Shown here: in pieces, positions 1-13,710 of the stretch
How positions within the stretch are numbered: position 1 is the first letter of the stretch
Layout of the letters: each line of letters opens with the position of its first letter
Assembly: GCA_964016885.1 (NCBI GenBank)
Contig: OZ024752.1
Location: forward strand, 24,552,001-24,616,000
DNA length: 64,000 bases
Reading direction: 5' to 3'
DNA from: Eledone cirrhosa
Lineage: Eukaryota
The notes under the pieces: generated by a model
What the model saw: only the letters and a program-made list of their open reading frames with translations
Databases searched by the model: none
What the model was told of the DNA's origin: nothing
Program-made: the position numbers and the translations under genes

Positions 1-88
1 ACTAAAATCCAAAGAGGGCTCGATAAGGATATATATATATCAAATATATAAGAACCGTAGAGCAAATATTTATTAAATAACAGATTAA

Positions 89-141
89 AGTTTAAGCAAA
101 GAATCGCCTGCTTTCACCCTTTAACGGGATCTTCTGAAACT
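89..141 (-). ncRNA. Type I hammerhead ribozyme, core variant CAGAAGA
   Basis: Minus strand reads AGTTT-CAGAAGA-TCCC/GGGT-GAAA-GCA/TGC-TT-AAACT. All three stems pair; U4 is replaced by A. Confidence 0.6.
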
Positions 142-1077
142 AACAAAGTCAATCTGTTAACGCAGAACTGGATATTTCAAAAACCGTTTCAACCGGAGGA
201 AGACAGGAAGACGATACTTTGGTTCGTGGAACGTTCGCTGGCAAATAACCGGGAAAAACGAATAATACGTCATTAATAGGAGCGGTGAAAAACAATTACG
301 CGCAAAGACAGAACCACGTTTATGGTATAAAAGAGGTCGTAGACTAATGTTCTCTTAGGTGGTACATAGAGACTGTCTCTGGCAATGAACGAAAAAACGA
401 AGATAATAAGTCATATGTGGAGTGTGGAGAACAATAGCACGCAAAGACAAAACCACGTAAATGGTATAGCAGAAGTCGTAGACTAAAATTCTACCTAGGA
501 GACCAAATGAATCTCCGCTACAGAGTTAAGAACAAAGTAAATAAATACAATACAGAAGTAATAGAAATAAATACGTACACTCAAACAAATACGTACATAC
601 ACAAGCATACGCAAAACCTTACCATGGGTATACAAAACCAAGCACATATAAATATGTGTGTGTGTGTGTGTATGCTTGTGAACAAATAAATAAATAACTA
701 TATAAACGTATATAAGTAAATAAATACGTATATAACAAGCGCACACACATACCTACATATAAATACACGAATGTTCGGAGACGTAAGTCAACTAAAACAA
801 GAAGTACACGTATACACACACCCACCATACGTACGAACCTGCATACTCACGCAGACGCAAAACTCCCGTATACACATAGCCAAAACCCTAAATACCAGAA
901 TATATAAAAATTATACGCCATAACAATCAAATATACGTACGAGAAGGTATACATACCTTCACAAAACATACGGGTAATATATACTTACCTATGCAAATAA
1001 GTAAAGGAATAAACAAAACAGATACTTAGCTCCCCACATCAAGACGTAAAATATCCACGTATAGATCGTACTATCCG

Positions 1078-3197
1078 TTAGGGTATAACGTGGGGCTGTA
1101 ATACAGGAAAGTTTTGTGCAATTTGTTTACAAGCCGAAATTGCCTCAGATTTTTTGTTTAAGATGTGGTCTGTGGCGTAGAGTATTTCCAGGGCCTCAGC
1201 GGCGCAGAGGTCACATGGTCTTTTATTTCCGTTATACGATCTAGCCCTAGCTAGGATCTCCCAGTGTAACTTATATTGGGTGTGGTTGTCTTTTAGACTC
1301 CAGATGTAAGCTGAAAGTGACTTCATATTCCTTCTTAGAGGGTAACGAAAAGAATGGGTATGCATGTAAAGACGCTGCTTGAAACTATTGGCGGTTAACC
1401 CTATGTAGGCCCTACGGGACGTGGGTGTTACAACCTTACATTTGTAGACAATGTTACTAGAGAGGCATTTCCCGGATAGGGGGCAATCAGCCCGATTCCT
1501 ACAATTACAGTTAGTACTAACTACAGGGTTGCACGTGTTCCTACGGCTAGGTAGTTTAGCTAAATTTGAAGCTGTGATGTTATGTGCAAGGTTAGGAGTC
1601 GTAGAGTAAGAAATTTTAATAGTATTTCTATTAAAAATGTTACTATATTTATGTGTAGGGGAAAATGCTTTGTAATAAGGGAAAGAAAGATCTTAGCTAA
1701 TGGTGTGGCCATTTCCATATTATATGGTGGGTTAAACCAACAAATGCGACGGGATCTATTTCTTCTAGGTCTATTTTCGTACTCTGTATATGCTACCTTA
1801 TCGACAAATCCACTTCGAGCAAGAGCTTCATTGTAATAAGTGGAATGGTCGTTGAAAATGCGCTCGTTGGTGGAAAGACGGGAAAGCCTCAACGAAACGT
1901 TTCTTACCAGGTTCTTGGTTATGCTGGCAGGATGGTTGGAATGCTTACTTATGTAATTAAGCGTATCATTCGGCTTTCTATACGGGTAATACAACCCATT
2001 CAATAAATTGAGGGTAACGTCGAGGTAATTAACGACCGAGAGATTGGCCTCAACCTGTACAGAGAGGTTGAAGCCTTTAAAGAAGGCTGTGAGTTCTTTT
2101 CTGAACCTGTCGCAAGCACGAGGTCCGCACTTAGTCATGGTCAAAAGACCATCGTCACGGTACAAACCACCGCCCGCGTTGGGGAATTCGTCCTTGATAG
2201 AGAAAAGAAGGAAAAGGCCAATAAGATCAGTAACCTCCGCAGAGTCACTGGCGCCCATACTCACGTCGAATGGAGTACTATTGGATTTTTTAATCCAAAT
2301 AGAGTCGTCGAAATTAATCACCGACTTTCGGGCATTAAGGATGACATCAACTTCGAAATCCTTAACCACTGTGAGTATTTTAGCGAAATTGATAGCTCTA
2401 AGGAGAAGTGGTAAAGTGATGGAGGAGTAGTAATTGTTGATGTCGAATTGGATAAAACGGCAATGTTCCTTGTTACGTATGCCGTTGAACCAATCGATCA
2501 CCGCGAAAGAATTGTTCCACAGTGCGAGAGGGGCCAAACTTCTAATTTCAGGTATAATTCTATCAAGAATCGTTTTACTAAGTCTACCTAAATCGGACTT
2601 CGTAGGGTTAATAAGCCGAATAGAGGGGTTGTTCGGAAAATTGGATTTGTGATCCTTCAGGGTAAAGTGGGGAGAAATAGGGTCCAGAGGTTCGGTCCGG
2701 TCCAGGATGTTGAGATCAGATGTGATTTTAAACCCAGCGTCGTTGATTTCATTGATGACGCACCGATTAGTTTTACAGTAATCCTTAGTTACAGCATTAT
2801 GTAGTAGTTGATGGTAAGTACTGCGCTCCACTTGATATAGGTTGCCAGTTTTGTTGGAATGGACGTGCACGGCGTTAGAATCCTTAATAGAACGAATTCT
2901 ATTCTTCAGGTCTTGCTGGAAGGAATTGCTCCTATTCCGAAATTTGATACTCCGTATGAGTTCCAAGACATCATTTTCGAAGGGTAGCAATGCTAGGTTC
3001 CACGGGGGGTTATTATAGGTTTTAAATCCAAATTGATCCTGTTTGTTGTCTGCTTTTCGCGGATTATCGAAATAAAAGGCACGCCAACGCAACCTTTTAA
3101 TGAACGCGTCTGTTTTCTGTATTAGGAGTTTTAGGTATGTTTTCCTGCTTGGTACGGGTATGTTCTTTGTAGAAATATTCAGATGTTGTTTCTGCAT
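1078..3197 (-). pseudogene. PLE reverse transcriptase-GIY-YIG endonuclease ORF, frameshifted near 1655
   Basis: Motifs KNIPVPS..RLRWRAFYF, TLKDHK, QFDINNYY, SMGASDSA, LYRDDGL, YLDVTL, WFNPP. After the shift: CNCRNRADCPLSGKCL, NIVY..YIG, CDLC. Confidence 0.88.
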
Positions 3198-3286
3198 GAT
3201 GAATATAAGTCAGTAGAGTGGTCAACCGAGGGAGCCAAATAGTAATAATAATAAAATTGAAGACTAAAATCCAGAGAGGGCTCGAT

Positions 3287-3378
3287 ATATGTTTATATAT
3301 ATATATCTTATATATATATATATATGTTTATATATATATATGTGATATATATATATATGTTTATATATATATCTGATA

Positions 3379-3445
<67 letters not shown>

Positions 3446-3677
3446 GTTTATATATATATATCTTATATATATATATATATGTTTATATATATATATCTTA
3501 TATATATATATATATGTTTATATATATCTGATATATATATATCTGATATATATATATATATGTTTATATATATATCTGATATATATATATATATATATAT
3601 GTTTATATATATATATCTTATATATATATGTTTATATATATATCTTACATATATATATGTTTATATATATATATCTG

Positions 3678-3735
<58 letters not shown>

Positions 3736-3770
3736 GATATATATATATATCTGATATATATATATATATA

Positions 3771-3802
<32 letters not shown>

Positions 3803-3862
3803 CTGATATATATATATATCTGATATATATATATATATATCTGATATATATATATATATATA

Positions 3863-3953
<91 letters not shown>

Positions 3954-4023
3954 TATATATATATATATATCAGATATATATATATATATATATATATATC
4001 AGATATATATATATATATATATA

Positions 4024-4092
<69 letters not shown>

Positions 4093-4176
4093 CAGATATA
4101 TATATATATATATCAGATATATATATATATCAGATATATATATATATATATATATCAGATATATATATATATATAT

Positions 4177-4211
<35 letters not shown>

Positions 4212-4252
4212 TATATATATATATATAAACATATATATATATATATATATAT
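3287..4252. repeat. (TA)n tract punctuated by TCTG/TCTT/TGTT variants
   Basis: Direct reading. Similar tracts lie at about 8163-9161, 25105-25720, 26310-26930, 35197-36505, 37598-38750, 46118-46826, 50483-52445, 54104-55593 and 58617-60639. Confidence 0.95.
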
Positions 4253-4292
4253 AATATATAAGAACAAAAGATGGTTAAAAGAGTTCCATGTA

Positions 4293-4359
4293 TTTTATTA
4301 TGCGCGTTTCAAAAATAAATATCATCATGCAATAATATTTGTGTTTTCATCAGATAAAA
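4293..4359 (-). ncRNA. Type I hammerhead ribozyme (family D pLTR)
   Basis: Reverse-complement copy of 6804-6871; stem III reads CGCGCA (one mismatch). Confidence 0.65.
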
Positions 4360-5503
4360 GAGGAAAACATGATATGAAGGTTAAAAAACACTTGTGGATA
4401 GTTCAGTTTTAAATCAACATATGAGAAGTAGTTTTAGATTGAAGTGTGATATTGGAAAAAATATTTTATTTAGAGGGGGGGGGGAGGATGAAAAAAAAGA
4501 GGAGGAGATGAGAGTAAAGGTGGAGAGGGAGGAGTATAATGAGGAAAGATGAGATAGGAGGAGAGATGGGTGATAGAGAGAGAGAGATAGCTTTTATAAC
4601 TGAGAAAGATATATTGTTTTACATAGAGAGGTTGAAAACCGTTGGAAGATAATGTATAAATTAAAAGAATTTGAAAATTAACGAAGAGAAAAAAATAATG
4701 TAAAGTTAAGGTTTGTATATTGAGGGGTTTAATAATATGTGCGAAGAAAAAGAAAGAGTTAATATGTATTGAGAATAATGAGTTAGATGAAAGGGAGAAA
4801 AGAATAATGAATTGAGGATGAATAATCTAACGTCAAAAAAAATGTATATGTTTACGAAGGATTTTTACAAGGTGATATAGAGTAAGAATGTATTGTATTA
4901 TGTAATAATTGATTCTATGTTAGGCAAGAGTGAGAAAAGGTACAGATTAGGGGTTAGACATTAGAAGAAGGAGGGAAGAAAGGGAAGTGATAAATAGGGG
5001 CGATGTAGAATGAGTAAACAAGTATTATAGAATTTGAAAATTAACGAAGAGAAAAATAATGTAAAGTTAAGGTTTGTATATTGAGGGGTTTGATAATATG
5101 TGCAAAGAAAAGAAAATGTTAATATGTATTGAGAATAATGAGTTAGATGAAAGGGAGAAAAGAATAATGAATTGAGGATGAATAATCTAACGTCAAAAAA
5201 AATTTATATGTTTACGAAGGATTTTTACAAGGTTATATAGAGTAAGAATGTATTGTATTATGTAATAATTGATTCTATGTTAGGCAGGAGTGAGAAAAGG
5301 TACAGATTAGGGGTTAGACATTAGAAGAAGAAGAGAAGAAAGGGAAGTGATAAATAGGGGCGATGTAGAATGAGTAAACAAGTATTATAGAATGTATAAT
5401 AACCTTTGAAATAAGGTAGAAAGATGGGTATATTTTTAAAAGAAGTGTATATATATATATGTGCCTTTGAGAAAAAGATTCTAAATTGATAAAGAATTGA
5501 ATA

Positions 5504-6530
5504 TTAGCTGTATACTTTGTGAAATGTTTTATGGAATTTATGCAAGCAGATAGAAAACAAGTCAGTGCGTCTATTTATTATAGAATCTAGATTAGAAATA
5601 ATGGTAAATTTTTCATTTAGACAGAGATTGCAGATTTTGGATAGAGAACTGTTCAAGTATGGAGACGCAGAATAAACCTTCTTCCAAAAGATGCTATATT
5701 TAATATTTTTGTCTTTCAAGGACCATATGAGTTCTGAGAGAGCCATGTTGGTTCTTTTAAGTTTGTATTTAAAAGACGAATGATGGTTATAAAGACGAGC
5801 TTTAAAAGAGGTGGAAGTGGAGCCAAAATAGGTGAAGGAATTGGTGTCAGTTATAACTTTACATTCGTAAATTAAGTTTTTATCAAGACAATGGTTGTTG
5901 AGAGGACATTTATTTTTAATAGGGCAATTGCAATTGCGATTAGAGAGATTATTAATGAGTGACCTAGTGTTATCTATAGAAGGAATTGGATTGGAGAAGT
6001 TGTTTCCGATAGGAATAATAGTTTCTTGATTTAGAATGGGATTAAGAACATTTAGCGAAGTTGTGTTTGACGTTGTATTTGGGTTTGTAGAAATTAGCCT
6101 AGGGTTTACAATGACGTCGGGAGTACTATTATTATGATATTCAGTGTTGGAAGGAAGAGATTTAGTATTTAGTATTTTATTGTTGTGTTTAGAGATAATG
6201 TTGGAAATGTTGGAGGATGTAGAATAGGAAAATGTTATAGTGTGTTTGTTAAATATTTTACTATAGATATGTGAGGGAGGGAAGCATTTATTTAAGGCAC
6301 TAAAGAATAATTTAGGAATATTGTTATTAATAGAGATGGAGAAAGGAGCATTATACCAGATTATGTTTTTGTATCTAGGTCTTTTATTAAAGTTATTGGA
6401 ATGATCAAGATTAATTATTCTACTGTAATTTCTTCTAGAATTTGTTTCTTTACTATATTTGATTTTATCAGGATAGCCGGCTTTAGATAGCCGGCTTTAG
6501 AAAGCGCGTTATTATAGTAATTGGCGTTAA
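5504..6530 (-). pseudogene. RT thumb/linker and GIY-YIG fragment of PLE family D
   Basis: Translation gives YYNNALSKAGY, IWYNAPF, FSYSTS, CNCPIKNKCPLNNHCL, LIY..YFGST..FKARLYNH, CNLCLNEK, CLH. Confidence 0.85.
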
Positions 6531-6803
6531 CATCAACCTCTCTATGTAAAACAATATATCTTTCTCAGTTATAAAAGCTATCTCTCTCCCTCTATCACCC
6601 ATCTCTACTCCTATCTCATCCTTCCTCATTATAGTCCTCCCTCTCCACCTTTACTCTCATCTCCTCTTTTTTTCATCCTTTCCCCCCCCTCTAAATAAAA
6701 TATTTTTCCCAATATCACACTTCAATCTAAAACTACTTCTCATATGTTGATTTAAAACTGAACTATCGACAAGTGTTTTTTAACCTTCATATCATGTCTT
6801 CCT

Positions 6804-6871
6804 GTTTTATCTGATGAAAACACAATATTATTGCATGATGATATTTGTTTTTGAAATGCGCATAATAAAAT
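6804..6871 (+). ncRNA. Type I hammerhead ribozyme (family D inverted pLTR)
   Basis: GTTTTAT-CTGATGA-(35-nt hairpin)-GAAA-TGCGCA-TA-ATAAAAT. Confidence 0.8.
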
Positions 6872-7380
6872 ACATGGAACTCTTTTAACCATCTTTTGTT
6901 CTTATATATTATGTATACTCCAGTCCTACAAACTGTAGAGTGCTTCTTATCCGATAGGAGAAAAGAATAATGAATTGAGGATGAATAATCTAACGTCAAA
7001 AAAAATGTATATGTTTACGAAGGATTTTTACAAGGTAATATAGAGTAAGAATGTATTGTATTATGTAATAATTGATTCTATGTTAGGCAAGAGTGAGAAA
7101 AGGTACAGATTAGGGGTTAGACATTAGAAGAAGAAGAGAAGAAAGGGAAGTGATAAATAGGGGCGATGTAGAATGAGTAATATATTACACACACACACAC
7201 GCACACATGTGTGTGCGTGTGTGTATGTATGTGTGTATCTGGATGTATGCGTATGTGTATATATATATATGTGTGTGTGTGTGTATATATATGTGTGTGT
7301 ATGTGTATATATATGTGTGTGTGTGTCTATGTTTGTATGTGTGTATGTATATATATGTGTGTGTGTGTATGTATGTGTGG

Positions 7381-7468
<88 letters not shown>

Positions 7469-8120
7469 ATGTGTGTATCTGGATGTATGTGTATGTATAT
7501 ATATGTGTGTGTGTGTGTATATATATATATGTGTGTGTATGTGTATATATGTGTGTGTGTGTGTATGTGTGTATATGTATATATATATATATATATATGT
7601 ATGTATATGTGTATGTATGTGTATATGTATGTATGTGTGGATGAAGGTATGTGTGTATATATAGGTGTAAGTGCACTAAATCCCTTTCTATCACGCTCCA
7701 CTCTCCTACCGACCACCGGAAGATATATGTATGTATATTGCTTCCACCCCCTCACTGACCAGCAGCTGGCCAGCTGGCCATTGCTAAATCTGACCTTTAT
7801 AAAATAACCCACACCCCAAATAACTTCTCATTCACTACCAGAAAGGGACACAGCAGTCAACTTGTTGCTACCTAGATCAAAACTACTATGAAATCCCACA
7901 ATGAATTTTATACTTGAATTTTCAAATCTCAAATTTTAACTGTTCGTATAATTAATTTTTCTTAATATTAATCAACATTTGAAAAGATGGCATTTGCAGA
8001 CCCATCGAAACTGGTCATTTTTTATACCCTTTATTATTTCCTTACCTTATAAGATTATATGTTTTTTCACAAAAAAGTATTCTGTCTCTTATATATTCCA
8101 TGTGCCATTACCAACCTCAA

Positions 8121-8220
<100 letters not shown>

Positions 8221-8437
8221 GATATATATATATATATCTGATATATATATATATATGTTTATATATATATATATATATATGTTTATATATATATATATAT
8301 ATGTTTATATATATATATCTGATATATATATATATATATGTTTATCTATATATATCTGATATATATATATATATATCTGATATATATATATATATATCTG
8401 ATATATATATTTATATATATATGTTTATATATATATA

Positions 8438-8479
<42 letters not shown>

Positions 8480-8517
8480 GATATATATATTTATATATAT
8501 ATGTTTATATATATATA

Positions 8518-8586
<69 letters not shown>

Positions 8587-8716
8587 CTGATATATATATA
8601 TATGTTTATATATATATATATCTAATATATATATATATATGTTTATATATATATATATCTGATATATATATATATATATATATATATCTGATATATATAT
8701 ATGATATATATATATA

Positions 8717-8754
<38 letters not shown>

Positions 8755-8770
8755 TATATATATATATATA

Positions 8771-8806
<36 letters not shown>

Positions 8807-8889
8807 GATATATATATATATATATATATCTTATATATATATATCTTATATATATATATATCTGATATATATATATATATATATATATA

Positions 8890-8921
<32 letters not shown>

Positions 8922-8941
8922 CTTATATATATATATATATA

Positions 8942-8977
<36 letters not shown>

Positions 8978-9006
8978 GATATGAATATATATATATATAT
9001 ATATAT

Positions 9007-9043
<37 letters not shown>

Positions 9044-9125
9044 GATATGAATATATATATATATATATATATATATCTTATATATATATATATATATATA
9101 TATCTTATATATATATATCTATATA

Positions 9126-9161
<36 letters not shown>

Positions 9162-9164
<3 letters not shown>

Positions 9165-10152
9165 GATAAATCTACCAAGAGTTTACGGTAGTGTCCAATC
9201 CGTATGAAGAACTCAATGTATTCCGGATATCATGGAAAGAAGAGATGTAATGAAAAATCACTTTCGGTGAAAGATAAACGGTATACAGAGTCAAGATAAA
9301 ATATTAAACAAATAATGAATAAACAATGAAAACAGTTCCTTATATTAAACAAAAAAAGTTCATTATTTAACGATCGTTTCTAGGATATATATGTGTTAGA
9401 ATTGGCATGCATATTCAACAGATCTATGTACAAAATTATACAAAATTATACAAACTATCAAGATTAAATATACATACCAACACATATATACGCCGTCTTC
9501 AGAAATAATCAAATATATTTATTGATAATAACAACAATTCAAAATTTCAGGTCCGTTTGGGAACAGAATTGACCAATGAAAATACAAAAGGTTTAATGCA
9601 GTTCGGTGTGTGTATATACATGTAACTACCCTTACACATATTTTACAAAAATGTATGCACAACTTGTATACGCATACGAAAAGGATGGATGCAAATACAA
9701 AATTTCAAGGTTAATGTCTCTGTAAGTTTATAATGCACAGATAAGATGCGTATAGACACATAAATATGAAATAAGTGTATATACATATTTTCATACTCAC
9801 TCATATCCGTACAATCACACATACACACGCGTATATGCATAAACATACACATAAACTACGAACATACAAACACACACACACCCCCACTCACATATATATA
9901 TGTGGATATAAAATCCTAAGCACATGGATATTAATTCACTCACATAAACATTGGCACACACATTTAGATCAAGATACAGAAATTAGGTGGGAGGGGGGGA
10001 GAGGTCAGTATTCAACTGTTTGGGCAGACTGCTTAATATAGATGTATCTATAAACTAAGAAAATAAAAAATAATAAATAATAAATAAACATTAAAAAGGA
10101 AAGAAAAGAAAAAGAAAAAGAAAAAGAAAAAAGAAAAAAGAAATATATCAAG

Positions 10153-10220
<68 letters not shown>

Positions 10221-10382
10221 CACGTACATACACACATATATATACACATACACACATACAAACACATACATACATATACACACATCCACACTTAGAACAT
10301 ACATACACACACATATATAAACATATACATATACACACATACATACATATACACACATACATATAAACACACATATATATAT

Positions 10383-10421
<39 letters not shown>

Positions 10422-11272
10422 TAAACAAATAATGAATAAACAATTCCTTATATTAAACAAAAAAAGTTCATTATTTAACGATCGTTTCTAGGATATATAT
10501 GTGTTAGAGTTGGCATGCATATTCAACAGATCTATGTACAAAATTATACAAAATTATACAAACTATCAAGATTAAATATACATACCAACACATATATACG
10601 CCGTCTTCAGAAATAATGAAATATATTTATTGATAATAACAACAATTCAAACTTTCAAGTCCGTTTGGGAACCAAATTGACCAATGAAAATACAAAAGGT
10701 TTAATGCAGTTCGGTGTGTGTATATACATGTAACAAACCTTACACATATTTTACAAAAATGTATGCAGAACCTGTATACGCATACAAAAAGGATGGATGC
10801 AAATACAAAATTTCAAGGTTAATGTCTCTGTAAGTCTATAATGCACAGATAAGATGCGTATAGATACATAAATATGAAATAAGTGTATACATATTTTCAT
10901 ACTAACACATATCAGTACAATCACACATACACGCGCGTATATGCATAGACATACACATAAACTACGAACATACATCCACACACACATCCCCACTCATATA
11001 TATATATATGTGGATATAAAATCCTAAGCACATGGATATTAATTCACTCACATAAACACTGGCACACACATTTAGATAAAGATACAGAAATTAGGTGGGA
11101 GGGGGGGGGGAGAGGTCAGTATTCAACGGTTTGGGCTGACTGCTTAATATAGATGTATCTATAAGCTAAGAAAATAAAAAATAATAAATAATAAATAAAC
11201 ATTAAAAAGGAAAGAAAAGAAAAAGAAAAAAGAAAAAAGAAAAAAGAAAAAAGAAAAAAGAAATATATCAAG

Positions 11273-11322
<50 letters not shown>

Positions 11323-11337
11323 TATACATATATATAC

Positions 11338-11370
<33 letters not shown>

Positions 11371-11514
11371 TATATATACATACACATATACAAACACATA
11401 CATACATATACACACATCTACACTTAGAACATACATACACACAAATATATAAACATATACATATACACACATACATACATATACACACATACATATAAAT
11501 ACACATATATATAT

Positions 11515-11565
<51 letters not shown>

Positions 11566-12153
11566 CACTCATACATACACATATAATCACACATACTATA
11601 TAGACACACATATATATACACACATACACACACATATACAAACACTTACATACATATATACATACAGATATACACATACATACCTATATATACACACAAA
11701 TACATACAGACATATAAACATACATACAGACAAATACTTACGCATCTATATATCGGTATATACATACAAACACCACTACACTCTCACACAACTCAGACAT
11801 ACAAAGAAAAAGGTATATACCCATACACATATACATATACAAATAGAGAAACATATACATATATATATATATATATATACACATATATATACACACATAT
11901 ATATATATATATATATATACATATATATACACATACATATACACACATACACATATACACATACATACACATACATACATGTACACACACATAGATATAC
12001 ATATACACACACATACACACATACACATACATATATAGTCATACACACACATACACCTACACGAACATACACATACACATATACAAAGATATATATACAC
12101 ACACACACACACATACACACACACACATATATATAAAAAAAATAATAAAATAA

Positions 12154-12192
<39 letters not shown>

Positions 12193-12523
12193 CATACACA
12201 TACATACACACACACATAGACATATATGTACATACATACATATACATAGATAGATACACACACATACATATATATATATATACACACATAGACATATACA
12301 TACATACACACACAACATACATACACACATATATACTCATACATAGAATTAGATATATAATCATACATACATACGCACTTACATATACTCATATATACAC
12401 ATACAAACGCATCCATATATGCGTATATACATAGAAACACCACTACACCCTCACCCAACTCAGACATACAAAGAAAAAGGCATATACATATACATATATA
12501 CACGCATTAATAGAGATATATAT

Positions 12524-12565
<42 letters not shown>

Positions 12566-13149
12566 ACTTATATACATATACCCACACACACATACAACCA
12601 TAAATACACATACAAACACCCACATATATATATATATACACATATATATATATATATACACACACATAAAAAACAGACATGCACATATATATATTTTTTT
12701 ACACATATATATACACATATATATACATATACACACCCTCACATATACACATACACATAAGTTATATTATAATAATAAATAATATATATATATATACACA
12801 CATACATATATATATATATATACATACACATATACACATATATATATATATATATACACACATACGAATATAGACATATATACACACATAGATATATATA
12901 CACATATACATACACATACATATACACACACACACATATACACATTCACATATATATATATATATGTGTGTGCACACACACATATATATATACATACATA
13001 CATATACACATAAACACATATATGTGTATACATGCACACACACACATATATCCACATAGATACGAAGATAGACGTATAAATAGAGAGACATACATATATA
13101 TACACACACACATATACATACATACATACACACACATATATATATATAT

Positions 13150-13200
<51 letters not shown>

Positions 13201-13574
13201 CAGACATACACATACACACACATATACACATGCATATATACACACATACACATACATACACACATATATATATACACACACAATCATACATTCTTATTTG
13301 CATGCGCATATATGTATTTTTATATTCAGATATAAATACCCAAATATATATACACACCTACCTATATATATATTCATACATACACGCTTACAAACACAGA
13401 TGATAATAGTATGGGGGAAAGGGGGGGGTTAGAGAAGGGGAATATAGTAAATATAGGTTTCAAGAAACATAGAATATTATCCGTATCTATATCCAATGTA
13501 TGTTTTTACATATTATCAGTGTTAGGAAATACAATAAACCAGAAATAAGGCAAAATTTATGCATTTCAAAATAA
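9162..13574 (-). mobile_element. Inverted pseudo-LTR/3' UTR of Naiad family B copy B1, with internal ~1.1-kb duplication
   Basis: Reverse complement of 16788-20081. Carries HHRs at 9362-9509 and 10467-10620. Confidence 0.85.
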
Positions 13575-13710
13575 TGATTTCAATACTTGCAAGAATCCAC
13601 CACACAACTTTTTACTTGAAGACTTCGAGAAAGACCTTTTTAATTTAATTAAACACCTCAAATTTAAAAAGTATAAATCCGTCTTTCAAAAGGACCTTGA
13701 TTCTACCCTA

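Larger units (their letters stand above)
29..3286 (-). mobile_element. Penelope-like retroelement, Naiad-type, family A (near full length)
   Basis: RT+GIY-YIG ORF (3197->1078), 3' UTR with HHR at 89-141, (TA)n at the 5' junction. Its 5' end (3262-3286) recurs at 1-25, i.e. a tandem/pseudo-LTR arrangement running off the window. Confidence 0.88.
4253..7180 (-). mobile_element. 5'-truncated Naiad-type PLE, family D, with inverted pseudo-LTR
   Basis: 3' ORF fragment at 5504-6530. 4253-4636 is repeated inverted at 6533-6910. There is a ~363-bp tandem duplication (4666-5393) with a third partial copy at 6957-7180. Confidence 0.82.

Noticed and set aside
300-499. ~60-bp direct repeat at 139-bp spacing in the family A 3' UTR
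   Set aside because: Ordinary diverged internal duplication without ribozyme core or other motif.
2044-2652. Antisense ORFs over RT genes (also 14295, 24373, 49483, 61908-63631)
   Set aside because: They are short shadow frames of the RT coding strand without independent motifs.
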